Assembly: GCF_964204645.1 (NCBI RefSeq)
Contig: NC_134025.1
Coordinates: 21,241,101-21,305,100, forward strand
Origin: Tubulanus polymorphus
Lineage: Eukaryota > Animalia > Nemertea
Direction: 5' to 3'
DNA length: 64,000 nucleotides
Shown piece after piece: positions 12,432 to 26,438 of this stretch (the stretch's first letter is position 1; every line of letters begins with the position of its first letter). The position numbers were made by a program, and so were the translations under genes. Below the pieces are notes generated by a model that saw nothing but the letters and a program-made list of their open reading frames with translations, was not told the DNA's origin and ran no database searches.

Positions 12432-15400
12432 ATGTCGAACCCACAAAGGCAGTTATCGGGGAGACGATTGCCGCCTTACCCTGGTAATGACTCGCTAGGT
12501 TTATGGCTGACAAGAGCAAGCTCGAGTAATTTAGTCGATGGGGGAGGTAAGCTACACCTATGTTTAGTCCATTTTCTTCGTCGCTTCGGAATCACGACTG
12601 GCCGTGGTGGAACAATAAGATCGTGCGTTTAGGTGTCCATCTAAATCCCTCATTATAACATCGAAAATTGCTGGATCCATCTTTGACTTTGGAGATGTGT
12701 CAGAAAATAGACTTGTGTTCGTGGATCTAAGGGCCTATGGACATTGGGCTGGTTTGGTTATTTTCGATAAGTAGGCTATATCGAATTGAATACATACGAC
12801 TTGCTTTTTGCGATCTTTTGCTCAATTAAGAGAGTACGTGGTCTTCAGTTAGACCTATAGCGGATAATAATATTGAAGATAAGTAATGAGGAGAGATTGC
12901 GTGCTAACATCAAAACAGAAACAAATTTTACGTTTCAGCGTTATCGCCAGATTTGGTAAAATCATATCTATCATGTACCCCCAGCCTACTAGATGAATAC
13001 ATCCACGAGACAGTCACTGTAGAGGAGATAGAGGGCTGGTTAGCGAGAAAAAATTCGCGACACTGCAATGCCAGCGAAGGTATGTCATAAATCCATTAAC
13101 AAAGTAATAATCTTCGACGGATACGCGTAAGAAAAGGTCATAAAGTTCTGTCTCTCCGCAAATAAGATATTGCCGAAATTTGAAGAGATCAGATCAGAAT
13201 ATTCTTAACCGTATTGTGTACGGTGTGCATAATGATGAGACACATTCCCGGCGTCGCTTTTGCGAACTCTAAAGAAATGAACGGTTATGAGGAAATAATT
13301 CTTTTACAGGTTCTGAAAAGGGCGATTCCGTACAAAGCCGGGTAAATATTCTGAAGACCAGAAGACATTAACACTCGTAGTGCTTTCAAGTTGAAGCTTA
13401 GCATTTTTTCAGTCATTTTCGTTCTTTTTGAAGTACACTACCATCGACTGTTACCGACTGCAAAAATCAATGTTTGATGAGCTGTGGAGCGGGGACCATA
13501 ATGTCTTGCCGATGTTGTACGAATTAGGAACGACACTTGCCAAAGGTAACCAACTTAAGTGAAGGCGAAATATTCAAGGAATTCAACGCAGTTTCAATAC
13601 CACATATAGGCCTACATCAATGAAACCAAGACACAATTAAAAGAATGTTTCTCTTTTTTGTACATTTCAGCTACTCTTTCCGACAATTTTATTTTTCACG
13701 TGGTTGGTGGAAGCAATAACGTAAGTAAATACTATAATTCGTTATTTTCAAAGTGTTGGTAAGCTCAGAGTTTTCATTTTGTCAATCATATGCCTTTCCA
13801 CTGCGTTTGAAAAAAGTCATATTGAGAAAAAATCCATTACTATCGATATTGAAACTTTCCTATTTTGAGTGTATAGTGAGTGTTGTCTTGAACACCTTTA
13901 TGCTTCCATTATTTTCCATATTGATAAACCGGCACTCCATTGTAAAAAGACACCTTCTGACACATCTGCTATTTATTCATCAGGGTCCAGTTCTACAGTT
14001 CCGAGAAAAGATTTAACTCTGAGATAACTCATTGAAAATGAACTAACTTTAATTCTGAGTTAACTCTCACTCACAACTGTGGAACTGGGTCCAGCTCCGT
14101 AAACCGCTTTATGTTTATCTTTGTGAATTCAGTGCGCACAGTTGCTGAAAATGTTTAGATTTTTTCGAGAATCGGTATCAGAAATCACGAGCTTCTAAGT
14201 TCAGTCCTCCTAGTCTCTACGCGTTTGGCAAAAATTGCCCACTGTTTCTCATATCGCACTCACAGAATCAATGTTCAGAAAAGAGAAATCATTGACTCAA
14301 CAATTACAGGACAGAAGTATTATCGTAACAAAATGGCGATAAGCGACCGTGAAATAGTTTAGTGATAACATTTCGATGGGAAGCGAAAGTAGGAACCTGA
14401 TAAAAATGAACTCCAATGGCTATAAAATGATATTACAACATCGTTTGTTCGTCGTTAAACTCATAAGTTGTGAAGAATTGGGCTATTGCAAGCCTACGGA
14501 TACAGCTATTTCAGGGGGCCATTTCACAGAAGAATTTTTTTTTTTTTACTTAATGGTGACCTAATCATTCTCGACGACGTCATTTAGTTTGTGAAGTTGA
14601 AACCGGATTGCGAACGCCGTAACGAGTTTCTACATAGGCCTAATATTATTTCCACGAACCATCTAAATATCGAATGCACCCGCTCGCGATCTACGGTATA
14701 AGATACACAAGTGCATAGAGCAACTAATAGGATTACATATTCCGATGTCTCCATCGTATCGTTGGATGAAACTTCTGAAAGATTAAATTCTCTGACAGAG
14801 AAATGCAGAGTATAAATAAATCTGCCGACTATGACGACGATGTTACGTTTCGAATAGACTCGACGACGAGCAATAAAAAATAACTTTTGTCGAAAAAATG
14901 TTGACGTCCACTGATGATTTTGTTCTTTAGAAGTTACACGTATACTGCCATCGTGGTGGCGGGGAAGCTGCAGTAGTCGAAAATGGGTAGGTATTCTCAA
15001 GATTCTGAAATGTTACGTTGAAAGTAATTACGAATTTGAAAGAACCGAATTGAATAAAAGTAATGAAAGACTATAGAATCCGGGACCCAGTTCCAGAGTT
15101 GCGAGTTAGCGTTAACTCTGAGTTAAAGTGAGTTCATTTTCAATGAGTTAACTCAGAGTTAAATCTTAACTCGGAACTGTGGAACTGGACCCCGCTGTTC
15201 AGTTATGAGTTTAGAATTTTATTTGAGACTTTTCAACTGACTTGTACAGAAGTGTCTCGAGGACATGAGATATTTTCGGAATTAATTTTGACATAATATC
15301 TCAGAGAAAAATAATTTGGATTAAATTGATTAAAAAGTTCCAGGTTACTATATTCCGAGATATTAAGCCCGCCGCACACGGCAAAACATTTGTTTCGCCA

Positions 15401-18400
15401 AAACAGAAAACACGTTTTTCATAAAACGTTTTGTCCGCAAACGATAAAATATCCACCGCACACGGGACGAAAAACTTTCGACTACGCAAAACGTTTTTCG
15501 CAAATCAAGCAGTCCTTGTTTTGTGAAAAACGTTTTTTGCTCGTGAAAAACGTTTTTCTGTTCGGCGTTTTGTGTTTTGACTCCCCAACACACGGTATAA
15601 CAAAAAACATGGAAAAACGTTTTTTCGGTGCTGTAGTTGGCTCCATTAATGCGAAGAAGACCTTTCTTTAGTATTTATATTGGATTTTAATATCGAGACA
15701 TAACAAACATGAAATGATGAAATGCTGATCTGAAATTAATAACATTATAGAATTTAAACTCTGACCTTGAATAAATTTGAACACTGATCTTAGATAAATT
15801 TCCTATTCAAAACATTCATTATCAAATATAATAGAATACAAATTAACTGGTTAAACTTACATGTTTTTTTACCAATATATTCTCCTAAATACTCGTTTAA
15901 TTGCATGAAATCTAATCTCAAAAAGAATCGACGTGTCGCTCGTTGCATCTACAAAAATTCTCATCCTAGATTTCGTTGGTTACACGTGATGAGGCTCTCG
16001 ATGAGCTATTCGTACTTCTAACAGGTGCCGTGTACGGCGGGCTTTATGTCAGAATTAATTCCGAAAAAATATGTTTGTATCTCATGTCCCCAGAGAAAGC
16101 CTCCGTAGACTAGAGATAGACATCATTTGAGAATGAACTAATTCGAAATTAATTTCAAATCAGGTTCCGTTACGATACAGGGGAATGTGGAGTAGTAATT
16201 AATTTCAGTAACCCAATGCGTTATTCAAAATAACTTAAAAATCTTCATATTAATGTTAGGCTCTTAGCATTTTATGAAGATCATTATATCTAAGACGAAA
16301 CTTAGTGAGGCGCACAACCGAAATATCCCATTTTGTTTAGATTTAAGTTTTGATAACTAAATAGGACCGGGCTCTTCACTCAATGATCTGGAAATGCGAG
16401 AATGTGCGCTTATTAGTCTAAGTTCAGGTGCGGCTCCAGGGGTACTTGTGAGACGTGTACAAGTCCATGAAATTTTTGACCTTCCTTATTCAAAATGAGC
16501 GACCTGTCTTGCACAAAAAAGATGATGGGTGCATTTCAGTGCGGGAGTGCACTTAAGATTGCTTTTTGGACATCAAAGCTTCCTTTTGGGATTTAACAAG
16601 TTCATCAAACTAGCCGTTCATTGCATGAGTACACCTAATATTGCCTTTTTGGACATCGCAGTACCCTTTAAGAATGTGATAAGTTTATCAAAATTGGCCC
16701 CCTCAGTGCGAAAGTTCACCTATTGTTTTTTGGACATCAAAGTGCCCTTTTCGGATGTGAGAAGTCCTTCAAAATTGGCCTGTGGATCCACCCCGGCCTG
16801 GAGTAACTAAGTTATTTTGAATATAAAGTATAGATTGACTAATCAACATCAATTGCTACTCCATTCCTCTTACCTAATGATCAATTTATTAAGTTGTTTT
16901 GACTATAACGTATGTATTAAGTCATCTAAATTAATTGTTTTTCCATTCCTCCGTATCAGTTTCCTGCTCGAATATTTTCTATACAATTCAGGGGAAATGA
17001 TCAAAAAGTCAGATCAGACACAACCGTCGCAGTGCACGCGGCAAAAACTCAAAAAGCGATTCTCGTTACGGATCTCCTGAACGTGAGAATTAACGCACAC
17101 GATTCGATTATGATTAAGAATTATTTGTATATCAATTCGCCGAACGCTTCGACGGCGCTGGAGATAATTTCTTTTTTAGGATGATCGTTTTATCGGCGAA
17201 CTAGCTTCGGATGTTATGATGTGGCAATCTGTGCTGTGCATACCTGTCATATTTCTCGGTGGCGATTTAGTAGGTAAACACCGTCTAGATGTTTTCTAAC
17301 GATGTTTGAGAATGTATTATTTGAGTCGAAACACTGCTGCGCCCTGTTATTTATCGCGTCGTCAAAAATCTACGAGTCTCTCATTTCGTCGTTTGCAGGG
17401 GTTTTCGAATACGCGCGGAAACTAGGGAATCCAGCTTTCACCGCTAATGACTTGGAGGTAAGCGGTTTCAAGAAAACGCATAGCTAAAAAGGCGCTGGTA
17501 TGATTTTGTGAATTTTCTGTTTTGAAGATGAGGGCTAAACACTGGGGTTAAAATTCATTGGCCAAATCTACACAAACAAATTTCTATATAGTAAGATGAT
17601 ACACAATATCCGTGTAAGATGAATATACGAGAGAAATCCCACAATGAATCAGCCAAAGATGTAAAGTTCTTGAGTAACAGAGTATATACTTTAAGCAACA
17701 TTTTGGCGCCATCATTAGGCGTGATGCTCTCGTGTAGGAGAACAGTTGTCTTGCATCATATCATACATCATATCATATCAGTTTTTCATCCCATGGTACC
17801 AAATTTGATACAGCTAGAGGTATCCCGTGAATGAAATTGATGAGATAACAATAGTCAAAAATATTCAATATTATAAATACTGGCGTGATATCCAGCTTTT
17901 TTAGATACCCCATTCTTTCAGTACGCCAATGCATTGATGAGCTGGGCGTCTGTGGCTATTCATCAGATACAGGTATGTATAGTTACGGAACCCCGCGTGC
18001 TTCTCAACTAATATGAATATAACGACGGCTAATCAACTGATTATAGCCTAAAACGTGTGTCGATCAGTTTGCGTAAAGGTCATGCCACGTTATCTTTTCC
18101 AGGCGAATAAAATGTTGATGAAACAGACAGAACTAAACGATTGTTTGATGGAAATATCAAGGTAATACGCGTACCGTTGCAAGGTAGTCTGAAAATAATT
18201 GCTACACGGTAGCCTACGGAAATAATGTTTTAGTACAATAATTTTGCGATTTTGTAGGATTATATTCGATGATATGATCGTAATTGATAATTTGATCAGG
18301 AGGATTATGGTAAGTTCCAGCTCAGTGATATTTCTCGATAGCATCCGTGCAGCTGAAATCCCGTATTTAATCGCATTATGGTCTCGCGTATCATCGTAAT

Positions 18401-21400
18401 CAAGAGATATTTTTGTCCCCAATGTTACTTCTAAAAGCAACGTAACCTTTACTCGCCAATGATGTAGCAAATTTTCAAACATTTCGCTTCCGATATATCT
18501 CAAATATCACACGATACCTATTCAATGTACTAGTAGGTCTACGACGTATTTTGAAACTCAGATATCCAAAACGATATGCTCTTAGTCATTCGCATAGGAA
18601 TTCCCATATAAAGATTGCCGGCAAAGAGCAGCTGTATTTGACTATTTAGAAGAGAATCGTTACGTGTATATCATACAGTAATTTCTATATTCGAAAAATC
18701 TAATTCATTGCCTCCGGGAAATCCTATCGTTGGAAAATTCAGCCCACAATGACTACGTTAGAGATCAGGGGAGTCCTCAGACTTTGTTCACTGGTGGTTC
18801 ATCTTAGAAAAAAGGAGCCTTTTGGTTGGACTTTCATTAGCATCGATTCCTTTTTTAAAACGATTAGTTACTATAGAATAGAATAAAATGCAAATAAAGG
18901 TAAAAACGTTATATCATGGTAGAAGACAGCGTTACAACGTAGAGAACGCGAGTTAACCACTGGGGCCGGATTTATAGACTGGTTAACTCAATTGGAAATG
19001 AGTGGAGTTAGCCCCCGGGTCAAAGGTAATACCAGTCTGTAAAACCAGGCCCTCGGTCAAAGTTAATGCCAGTCTATAAAACTCGCCCCTGCTTATCGTA
19101 ATCGTTTGGAGACGCAGCATTTTCAGACGTGAGCGTTACGCGTACCGGTGATATCCTTTTAGCCATCGGCTTAATCCGTAAAGAATGGAAATACGGTAGT
19201 CCAGTTGCTGCACAGATAAAGTGTAATCCACATTGGGTTTTGTTGCTATACGAGATGAAAAAAAAAATTGGCTTACATTTCGTTTCTCCACCAGACGTTT
19301 GCTAAGAACCTGGTTTGCGCGAATCGCTGTTCTTTATTTCTGGTCGACCGAGAAAAACAGGAGATCTACGCTGATCTGTTTGACGAAGGGATCATTGATG
19401 CTGAAAACCAACCCGTGTATACGAAAAAAGAACAAATCAGGTATAGGTCATACGTCTAACGAAACGGCTAGATTCTTATGCTACGAAACAATCGAGGAGA
19501 TTTCAGATCGAAAGTCTCTCGAATATTTCGTAACCCGATACAAAATTAGTTTCATTAGGCCTATATCAACATTTGTTTGCCAATGAAACACCTTACATTA
19601 CACATACTGCTTTTCGTGAGGCACAAACTGCAATGAGGAAACTAACTTGAAAGTTTATTGACTCCTTGAAAAACAGCACATATATATTGCTTAGATATTG
19701 TCGACAATAGATAATATAATACAATTATATCATTTTAAGGATCAATAAAGTTAATTTTATAATTGAATTGATTGGCAACCAGTCTAGCCCCGATACATTG
19801 ATGATGTCGTACAAATCCTCTCGAAAATATCATAATTTGTCAAAAATAGAATAAGAGTTGTAAAATATATTTTTTTACAAAATTAATTCCAAAATTAATT
19901 CACAATTGTAATTGTTATTTTGATACCCCAATATTGATGACGTAGTGCACATTGACTCCACAGAACCCCCTAGATATCAATGTATAAAACCTTATTGTTA
20001 CGGTTTTTACGGCGTGAAAAAATAAGGTTAACCTATCGGGCTAAAGAAAGAAAACTCAATTTGTTTCTTTTACAGATTTTCTATTGACCGCGGCATTGCT
20101 GGATACGTTGCGAGAACTGGTGAAGTTTTGAACATAAAAAATGCTTATTCGGATTCCAGATTTAACAGGTTGAACATTTCTTGATGGGTTTTTCATCTAA
20201 ATCCAATTTTCACTTCTGGCATAACAAATCTAGAATTTCATATCGGTATCTGAATAGAATTGGAAATTATTGAGTTTGTTCTCGCATTTCTAACAGAGAT
20301 ATCGATCTGAAAACGGGATTCACCACGCACAATATTCTGTGCATGCCTATCGTCAGTAAAGGTGCAGTCATTGGTGTTGTCCAAATGATAAATAAAAAAT
20401 CGGCGCCGCACTTCAATAAAGCAGGTTCGTCTCGGGTTCGGGTTCGGGTTATTGAATTATCCCTACATAGCACCACACCCGTTGAATTATCTACAGAAAA
20501 AAAATACCATTCGTAAATTCCCAGACTGGATTTCATCATCTATTCAAGCCTTAAATCCGTTCTTTTAAACAGACGAAGCAGCTTTTAAAACTTTTGCAGT
20601 TTATTGCGCTCTTGCTCTGCATTATTCAAAGGTAATACGACGCCTACTCGGGTCGCTTTAATTTAGATATACCACCAGATCAAACGTATCGTTCTGTGTA
20701 ATGGAAATGCTTAATATTTTCACCTTTCGAATTTTCTATCAGATATACAGCGCCATGCAACATCAACAGGTTATAAATAAAGTAGCACTCGAACAGTTGA
20801 GCTATCACATAAAAGACAGCGGAGAGAAAACCTACGACGAGTTGAAAAAACGACCTTTGCTCAAACATATGCCAGAAAACTTCGACGACATTTCGTTCTA
20901 CTGCACTAAACACGATTCCGCGTTACCGCAAATGTTCCTTCACATGGCCAAACGTCTGTTCAGCCCCGCCGAGTGAGTACACTCCCGATTTTCGGTTGTT
21001 AACTCGGTCTATGAGATCGCGTAGGGCGACTTTCAAAATTAACCTTATTAGCGATAATTCGTAGCTGCCATAGCAACAATGAGATAGAACTGATAGAACA
21101 TACGCGAATTCGCCGTGGACCGTATCAATCAGTCTGTGAAATGCCATATGAAATGCAAGATATCATGATCTATGGTCAGGTCAGTTTTGTAACGACAAGG
21201 TTTATTCGTAACGTCGCCAATTCCGAACGAATAGGACCCATGGGTCGTATTAACCAAAATGTCAAGATCGTTTGGCAACGTCATCTCGTCTGCGTACCAC
21301 CAGTGTCGTTAGAGAAAAATTTGAGACCTATCCGCTGCGTAGGAAACTTTTTGCGTTGAATGAGATATTCAGAGCTCATTTTTCATCAGTAATTCTATTA

Positions 21401-24400
21401 AACCCAACCGAGGGAGACATTGTCTATGGAAATGTGCTAGGAATTTCGGATCGGATAATTTCGGCGAGAATTCAATTTCGTTTTCGTGTATAGTCACTAC
21501 GTGTCGTACTCGTATGTGTACGGAATGCCCGACCAGGCCGTGTAATTAATAATGAAAATGTTAATTCGATTGCAGCTTCAATATGAACAAGTTCGCCCGA
21601 TTCTGTTTGACGGTTAGGAAGAATTACAGACCTGTGACGTATCACAACTGGCACCACGCATTCGCGGTCACGCATTCTATGTACTGGATCGTCCAACAAA
21701 TACCGGGAGCATTCACCATGCTAGAAGTAATATTTTACAATTTCCAGACATCGGATTTTTATTGGTTGGGGATGGGGGTTTTTTACTGCCGTTGTTGGTG
21801 AAAAAATCGTTTTATTAATTATACTGTATCCCTGTTCGAACTGCATTATGCCTAACTCAGTTAATCCGATCGTCTGCATCGGGTCGGAAGGAGGCGAGTC
21901 TGCGATTTTAGATTTTCACTTACGACCGAAACAGATTGATCGAAGACCGATCGTAAGCCGAATCGCAAGGATCGAACTTGGAGTAATCAGTCTGATTACT
22001 CCAAGGATAGAAGATTTTCTACGACCCGGTCAGATCGTCGTAGCCAATCAGCGACGATTTGTTGCATCGCATGACTTTTCGAATCGGCGATGATTGAACC
22101 GTAGTCGACCTGTTCGTCGCTTGTCGACAAGTGGTCGGAACTAATAACCGAACGCACTATAGTTCGTTCGTAACGTATTTCACAGTGTCGGCCATCTTGG
22201 AAATAGGTCCGAACAACAGCGACCGCGCTCAATCGCGTTGTCGACCATTTCCGTTACATAGTTCCGACTAACCGACATTCGGTTTCACTTAAGGCGGGCG
22301 TAGGTCGGCCTTGCGACGGCTTGCGACTCACTGCGACCGCCAGCGACGATCGCGTCGTAACGACTCGCCGACCTACGCTACCTTGCGACTGCCAGCGACA
22401 GGTTGCGACTGCCAGCGACGCCAGTCGCAATGAGTCGCACATGTTCTTCTTTCTGCGACGCGTCCGTCGTTACCGACCTGCGTGCTGTTGCGACTGGCAG
22501 CAACTAATCGCACACAGTCGCTGACAACCGCATCGCAACCGACTTGCGCGGCCACTTGTGACGCAACGCGACGATCGCGTTGCGTCGCAAGGCCGACCTA
22601 CGCCCGTCTTTAGTTCGACCATAGTCGACTAACTCCGATAACCGAAGTGCGCTTTAGATCGTGAGACAAACGAAATGGAAATTAGCGGTCACGTGTATAC
22701 TACCGCTGTTCTTACGACGATCTGATCGAGTCGTAGGTTATTTACCTAAGCTTACTTAGCTTTATGTGACCTGTAATCAGTTTTATTACGGAACTAAAGC
22801 CACGTTTCCAGATTATTCACGTGGTGCTTTTTATGATCCTTAATTTCACGCCGTTAAATAAAACGATTAATCAAGCTCCAAAATCGATGATAAAACCAGG
22901 AATACAGCATCTTATTTATTTGACGAATTGCGACGTCTTAATAAGCCTGAACTAATAAAATGTAACTATTTCTGGGGCACTTGAGTGTACATTCTCTGAT
23001 TTCGTGGGATTCGAAATTACTTTCCATTTCCCGCGGGAATATAGGCCTCAGCTATTTTCATTGCCTCGACACTGCCACAAAATTATCATACGTAATTTTC
23101 ATGTTACTGTAACGAGCCTTTTTCACAAAGTTTCCGCCTATAACTTTCCACGGAAGCACACTCAACGCGGTAGTCTGAAACCGCAGTGTTGGGCACATGA
23201 TATCGAAGAAGAAACATTTTTCACCGTGTCACCTCCGTAGGTTTTATGAATGCCTAGGTGCATCAGATGGGCTTAGGTCGACCTGCGACTGCTTGCAACT
23301 GGATGCGACCGGTTGTAATCGGTCGGAATCGATCTTCAGCAACTTTTGCATTGAGTTTCTTTCAGTTGCAAGCAGCATTGAGACCGGGAGTGACGATCAT
23401 GGGCAGTCCGCTCGACCTGCGGGCTACCATAAGGTGCTGCTCAGCTTATTTCATACATCCATTCTGGCATTACTCTCTCAATTCTGCAAATTTGTAAAAA
23501 GGGCAAATGTGATATGCATGTTATATCGTATTAAGAACAACACATGTTTGAATAAACAAATTGAATTGGTTATCAACGTGCAGCTTATTTATTGGTGTAG
23601 TAAGAAAGCCGCTAACGATGAGCATAGCGGCAGCACCTTATGAGGCACTCCGTTGATTGCCATTGATGGTTCGTGCTTGCGCGTGAAAAAATCCGTTAAC
23701 GATGAGCATAGCGGCATCTGGGGATGCTGCAGTGAAGCAATGCGTTGCCAGACATAAGTCCGCCTCTTTAAGAACAAATTCTTTCTTTTCCGCCATTTAC
23801 CTCATGATTACCACTTTTCATTTCCCGTAGGAGCAAGCCCTTTTCATTGCCTGCATTTGCCACGACCTCGATCACCGCGGTTACAATAACGCGTTCATGC
23901 AAAAGTTACAAACTCCCTTGGCGGCGTTGTACGGAACTTCCGTGATGGAACAACACCACTTTAACATGACAGTGACCATACTTCAGGTATTTCATATGAT
24001 ATGTCATATTTAGAGCAGAAGTAGTAGTAGATGTAAAAAATGTTTCGGCGGATCGAATCTTCTAAAATGTATGGTCAATTTAAATTCTCGCTTCTTCGTC
24101 TGTAAAAATAGCAAGAAGACCACGACATATTTGGACACCTCGGAGTCGAGGAATACAGACAAGTTTTAGATAACATACGCAGCGCTATTATTGCCACGGA
24201 TTTGGCTTTGTATTTCGCTAATCACAAAGCCGTCTCCAAGCATATAGATGACGGAACACTAGACATCGCTTCATCTGAACAGAGGTAATTTAATCATGAC
24301 CCTTCCTTTCCAGCAGTCCCAGTCCATAAAATACTCTAACACGACAGCAATTACTGCTTTGATCAAAGCGACGAATTCCCGAAACTTAATGTTCAATATA

Positions 24401-26313
24401 TACCGTGGTCACACGAGGAGCGGCAAAGCCATCCTTGAGTTGTGAGCAGTTCGAAGATCATTATGAATTCTATGACCAATTGATTAGCCTGATGGTTGTT
24501 TTCGCTGGTGGTAACCCGTGGATATTCATGCCTCCCAAATGAGACAGAATAATTTCTGAAATTACACCTACGCCCGACTCCGTAATAGGCAATAACTACG
24601 TGCACAAAACGACCGTACGACAAGCCTTCATATATTGGTACCAACGCGGACGTAATGGTACCGATATCTTTTCTCACGAAAATACTCTAGACTAATATAG
24701 CCCGGGCCTTGATTGTCTGTTTCCACCATTTTAGGCCGCACATCAAAGCTCTCATGATGACGATGTGTGATTTGAGTAATGTGTGCAAATCTTGGGAAAT
24801 TGAACAGGAAACTGTCAAAGCAATTTACGAAGAATTCTATGCCCAGGTAATAATATTAATATTTTTATTATCAATATACTGGACCCCACTTTCACAAAAA
24901 AGGATTAACTCTTAATTTCTTCATTGAATCCATTTCATTCTGAGTTATGAAACTTACGGTTCCCAGATTAACTTCCTCACTATCGATGCTTTTAGCAAAA
25001 CTGGACCCTGATTGTAAAAAATGCAAGCTATTTAATTCCATTGTAATATTTCAATATCTATTGATTCGACGATACTAATACCACGATTTCATAAATAATC
25101 TATAATCTATTCCTTGTCAAATTTGAGCTATTATTTGAGTTGGAACTTCAATGTACCGTACATAACATATCAATTGATAAAGTAGTCTAATATCGAATTT
25201 AGGGAGACGAGGAACGGCGGCATGGTTTAGATCCGCTTCCGATGATGGACCGAAAGAATTACGCAGATATGCCTAAAGATCAGGTGCCTTCGAAATATCG
25301 AGAGATTACCCGTAACTCGTTAGAAATTATGTTTGTTTTAGTTGATACAGTGGAACCTCGTTTTAACAACCTCGGATATAACGATTTGTCGGTCATTACA
25401 AACCTAGAATATCATCCAAAATGGGAAAATTACAAACAATTTTATACTTGATATAATGGTATAACTATCGGTTATAACGAAAGGGGCCAGTTGTTCAAAG
25501 GTTGGATAAAGATAACTGGCGGATAGATACCATGATAACATTGAACATTTAATTGTGACTATGTCAACTATCCACTGGTTAACTCTAACCAACTTTTGAG
25601 CAACTGGCCCCTGATTTTCTGGTCCTATGAAGTTCGTTGTATTAACGAGACTCCATTGTAGTTATTAAGTATTATTCAATTTCTTATTTTCTGTGTCTTC
25701 AAATACGTAGGTGGGATTTGTGAAATTCGTCTGTTTGCCCGGATACAAATCGTTGTACCATATTTTCCCGCAAACCAAACCGATGCTCGACGGATGCAGG
25801 TACGCAGATTTTATTTGGCCTAAGGTCAGGCTATAAATAAAATTGATACCTTGTTTCTCTTTCTGTAGAGCTATACATAAATAAAGGCCCGTACATGAAT
25901 ATTTTTGTTAAATCATGATCAAGCTAAAATTTATCCATGCCAGTAATAAAAATTGACTGATTATAAATTTTATTGCGGTTTACAAAAAAGTGACCCGGCC
26001 GATTAGTAGAGACAAGGCTTAATTTTTCTTTAACCTAGTAAGCATTGTTCAAATAGAATACATGCAGAATTATCCGAAGCATATAAAATACTTGAGTAAT
26101 AGATAAGTATTGAATCACTATACGGAAGGTATTATATTCTCTAGGAAAAATCTGTCGAACTGGGAAAGGGTCGTTGAAGAACTCGATAAAGACAAGGAAC
26201 AGATGTGGAAAATACAAAATTCCAGGGTTGCCGAAAATCAAGAAGACATTGTCGAAAAACCTACAGAAAAAGACGCACAATTTCTTAAACAAATACAGCA
26301 TCGACATTTGTAA
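12432..26313 (+). CDS. PDE10A: PDE10A-like cyclic nucleotide phosphodiesterase (GAF-A, GAF-B, class I catalytic domain)
   Basis: Exons 12432-12483, 12939-13079 ([30 protein letters not shown]), 13310-13341, 13434-13545, 13671-13720, [one short exon not located], 16992-17082, 17180-17273, 17399-17457, 17922-17972 ([10 protein letters not shown]), 18103-18161, 18258-18309, 19295-19440 ([16 protein letters not shown]), 20076-20168 ([15 protein letters not shown]), 20297-20424, 20573-20631, 20743-20972, 21577-21726 (YHNWHHA), 23831-23986 ([12 protein letters not shown]), 24112-24284 ([10 protein letters not shown]), 24735-24846 (CDLSN), 25203-25283, 25711-25799, 26145-26313. Colinear with recalled human PDE10A motifs. 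Confidence 0.92.
13981..14094. mobile_element. Short PIF/Harbinger-like MITE (family B)
   Basis: cag|ggtccagttctacagtt...aactgtggaactgggtc|cag. Second copy in opposite orientation at about 15080-15194; partial copy at about 61730-61800. Confidence 0.65.
15080..15194. mobile_element. Short PIF/Harbinger-like MITE (family B)
   Basis: gggacccagttccagagtt...aactgtggaactggacccc, a reverse-complement match to 13981-14094. Confidence 0.65.
15366..16043. mobile_element. PIF/Harbinger-like MITE with TTA TSD
   Basis: TIR agcccgccgcacacgg / ccgtgtacggcgggct, with TTA on both flanks (15363-15365, 16044-16046). Repeated internal AAAACGTTTT palindromes. Confidence 0.75.
18960..19091. mobile_element. Short PIF/Harbinger-like MITE (family C)
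   Basis: ctg|gggccggatttatagactgg...ccagtctataaaactcgccc|ctg with a duplicated right end. Related copy at about 31488-31591. Confidence 0.55.
22019..22736. mobile_element. Older inverted-repeat element hosting a nested MITE
   Basis: Imperfect TIRs ctacgacccggtcagatcgtcgtag (22019) and ttacgacgatctgatcgagtcgtag (ending 22736). Confidence 0.5.
22292..22609. mobile_element. PIF/Harbinger-like MITE with TTA TSD, rich in TGCGAC/GTCGCA motifs
   Basis: 27-bp TIR aggcgggcgtaggtcggccttgcgacg / cgtcgcaaggccgacctacgcccgtct, with TTA at 22289-22291 and 22610-22612. Confidence 0.8.
25348..25658. mobile_element. pogo/Tigger-like (Tc1-mariner) MITE with a nested family-A MITE
   Basis: TA|cagtggaacctcgtt...aacgagactccattg|TA, with an internal insertion at 25482-25612. 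Confidence 0.65.
25829..26036 (+). mobile_element. MITE family D (AGGCTAAAAAAAATTGATACCTTGTTTCT termini)
   Basis: Shares termini and internal gacccggccg motifs with 30023-30240 (opposite orientation) and 50707-50926. Confidence 0.6.
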
Positions 26314-26438
26314 AATTGTATAGTAAATGAAAAATAAATTTCTTTTTTTATTGACTAATATTAATTGCATATTACTACCTTTTCCTAAAATTTCACCATG
26401 GATACGAAAATAAACGGAGCAACCGTTGTTATGGCAGG

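Noticed and set aside
15301-15671. Overlapping ORFs on both strands
   Set aside because: They arise from AAAACGTTTT repeats inside a MITE.
22254-22555. Overlapping GC-rich ORFs
   Set aside because: They lie within a repetitive MITE and show no domain signal.
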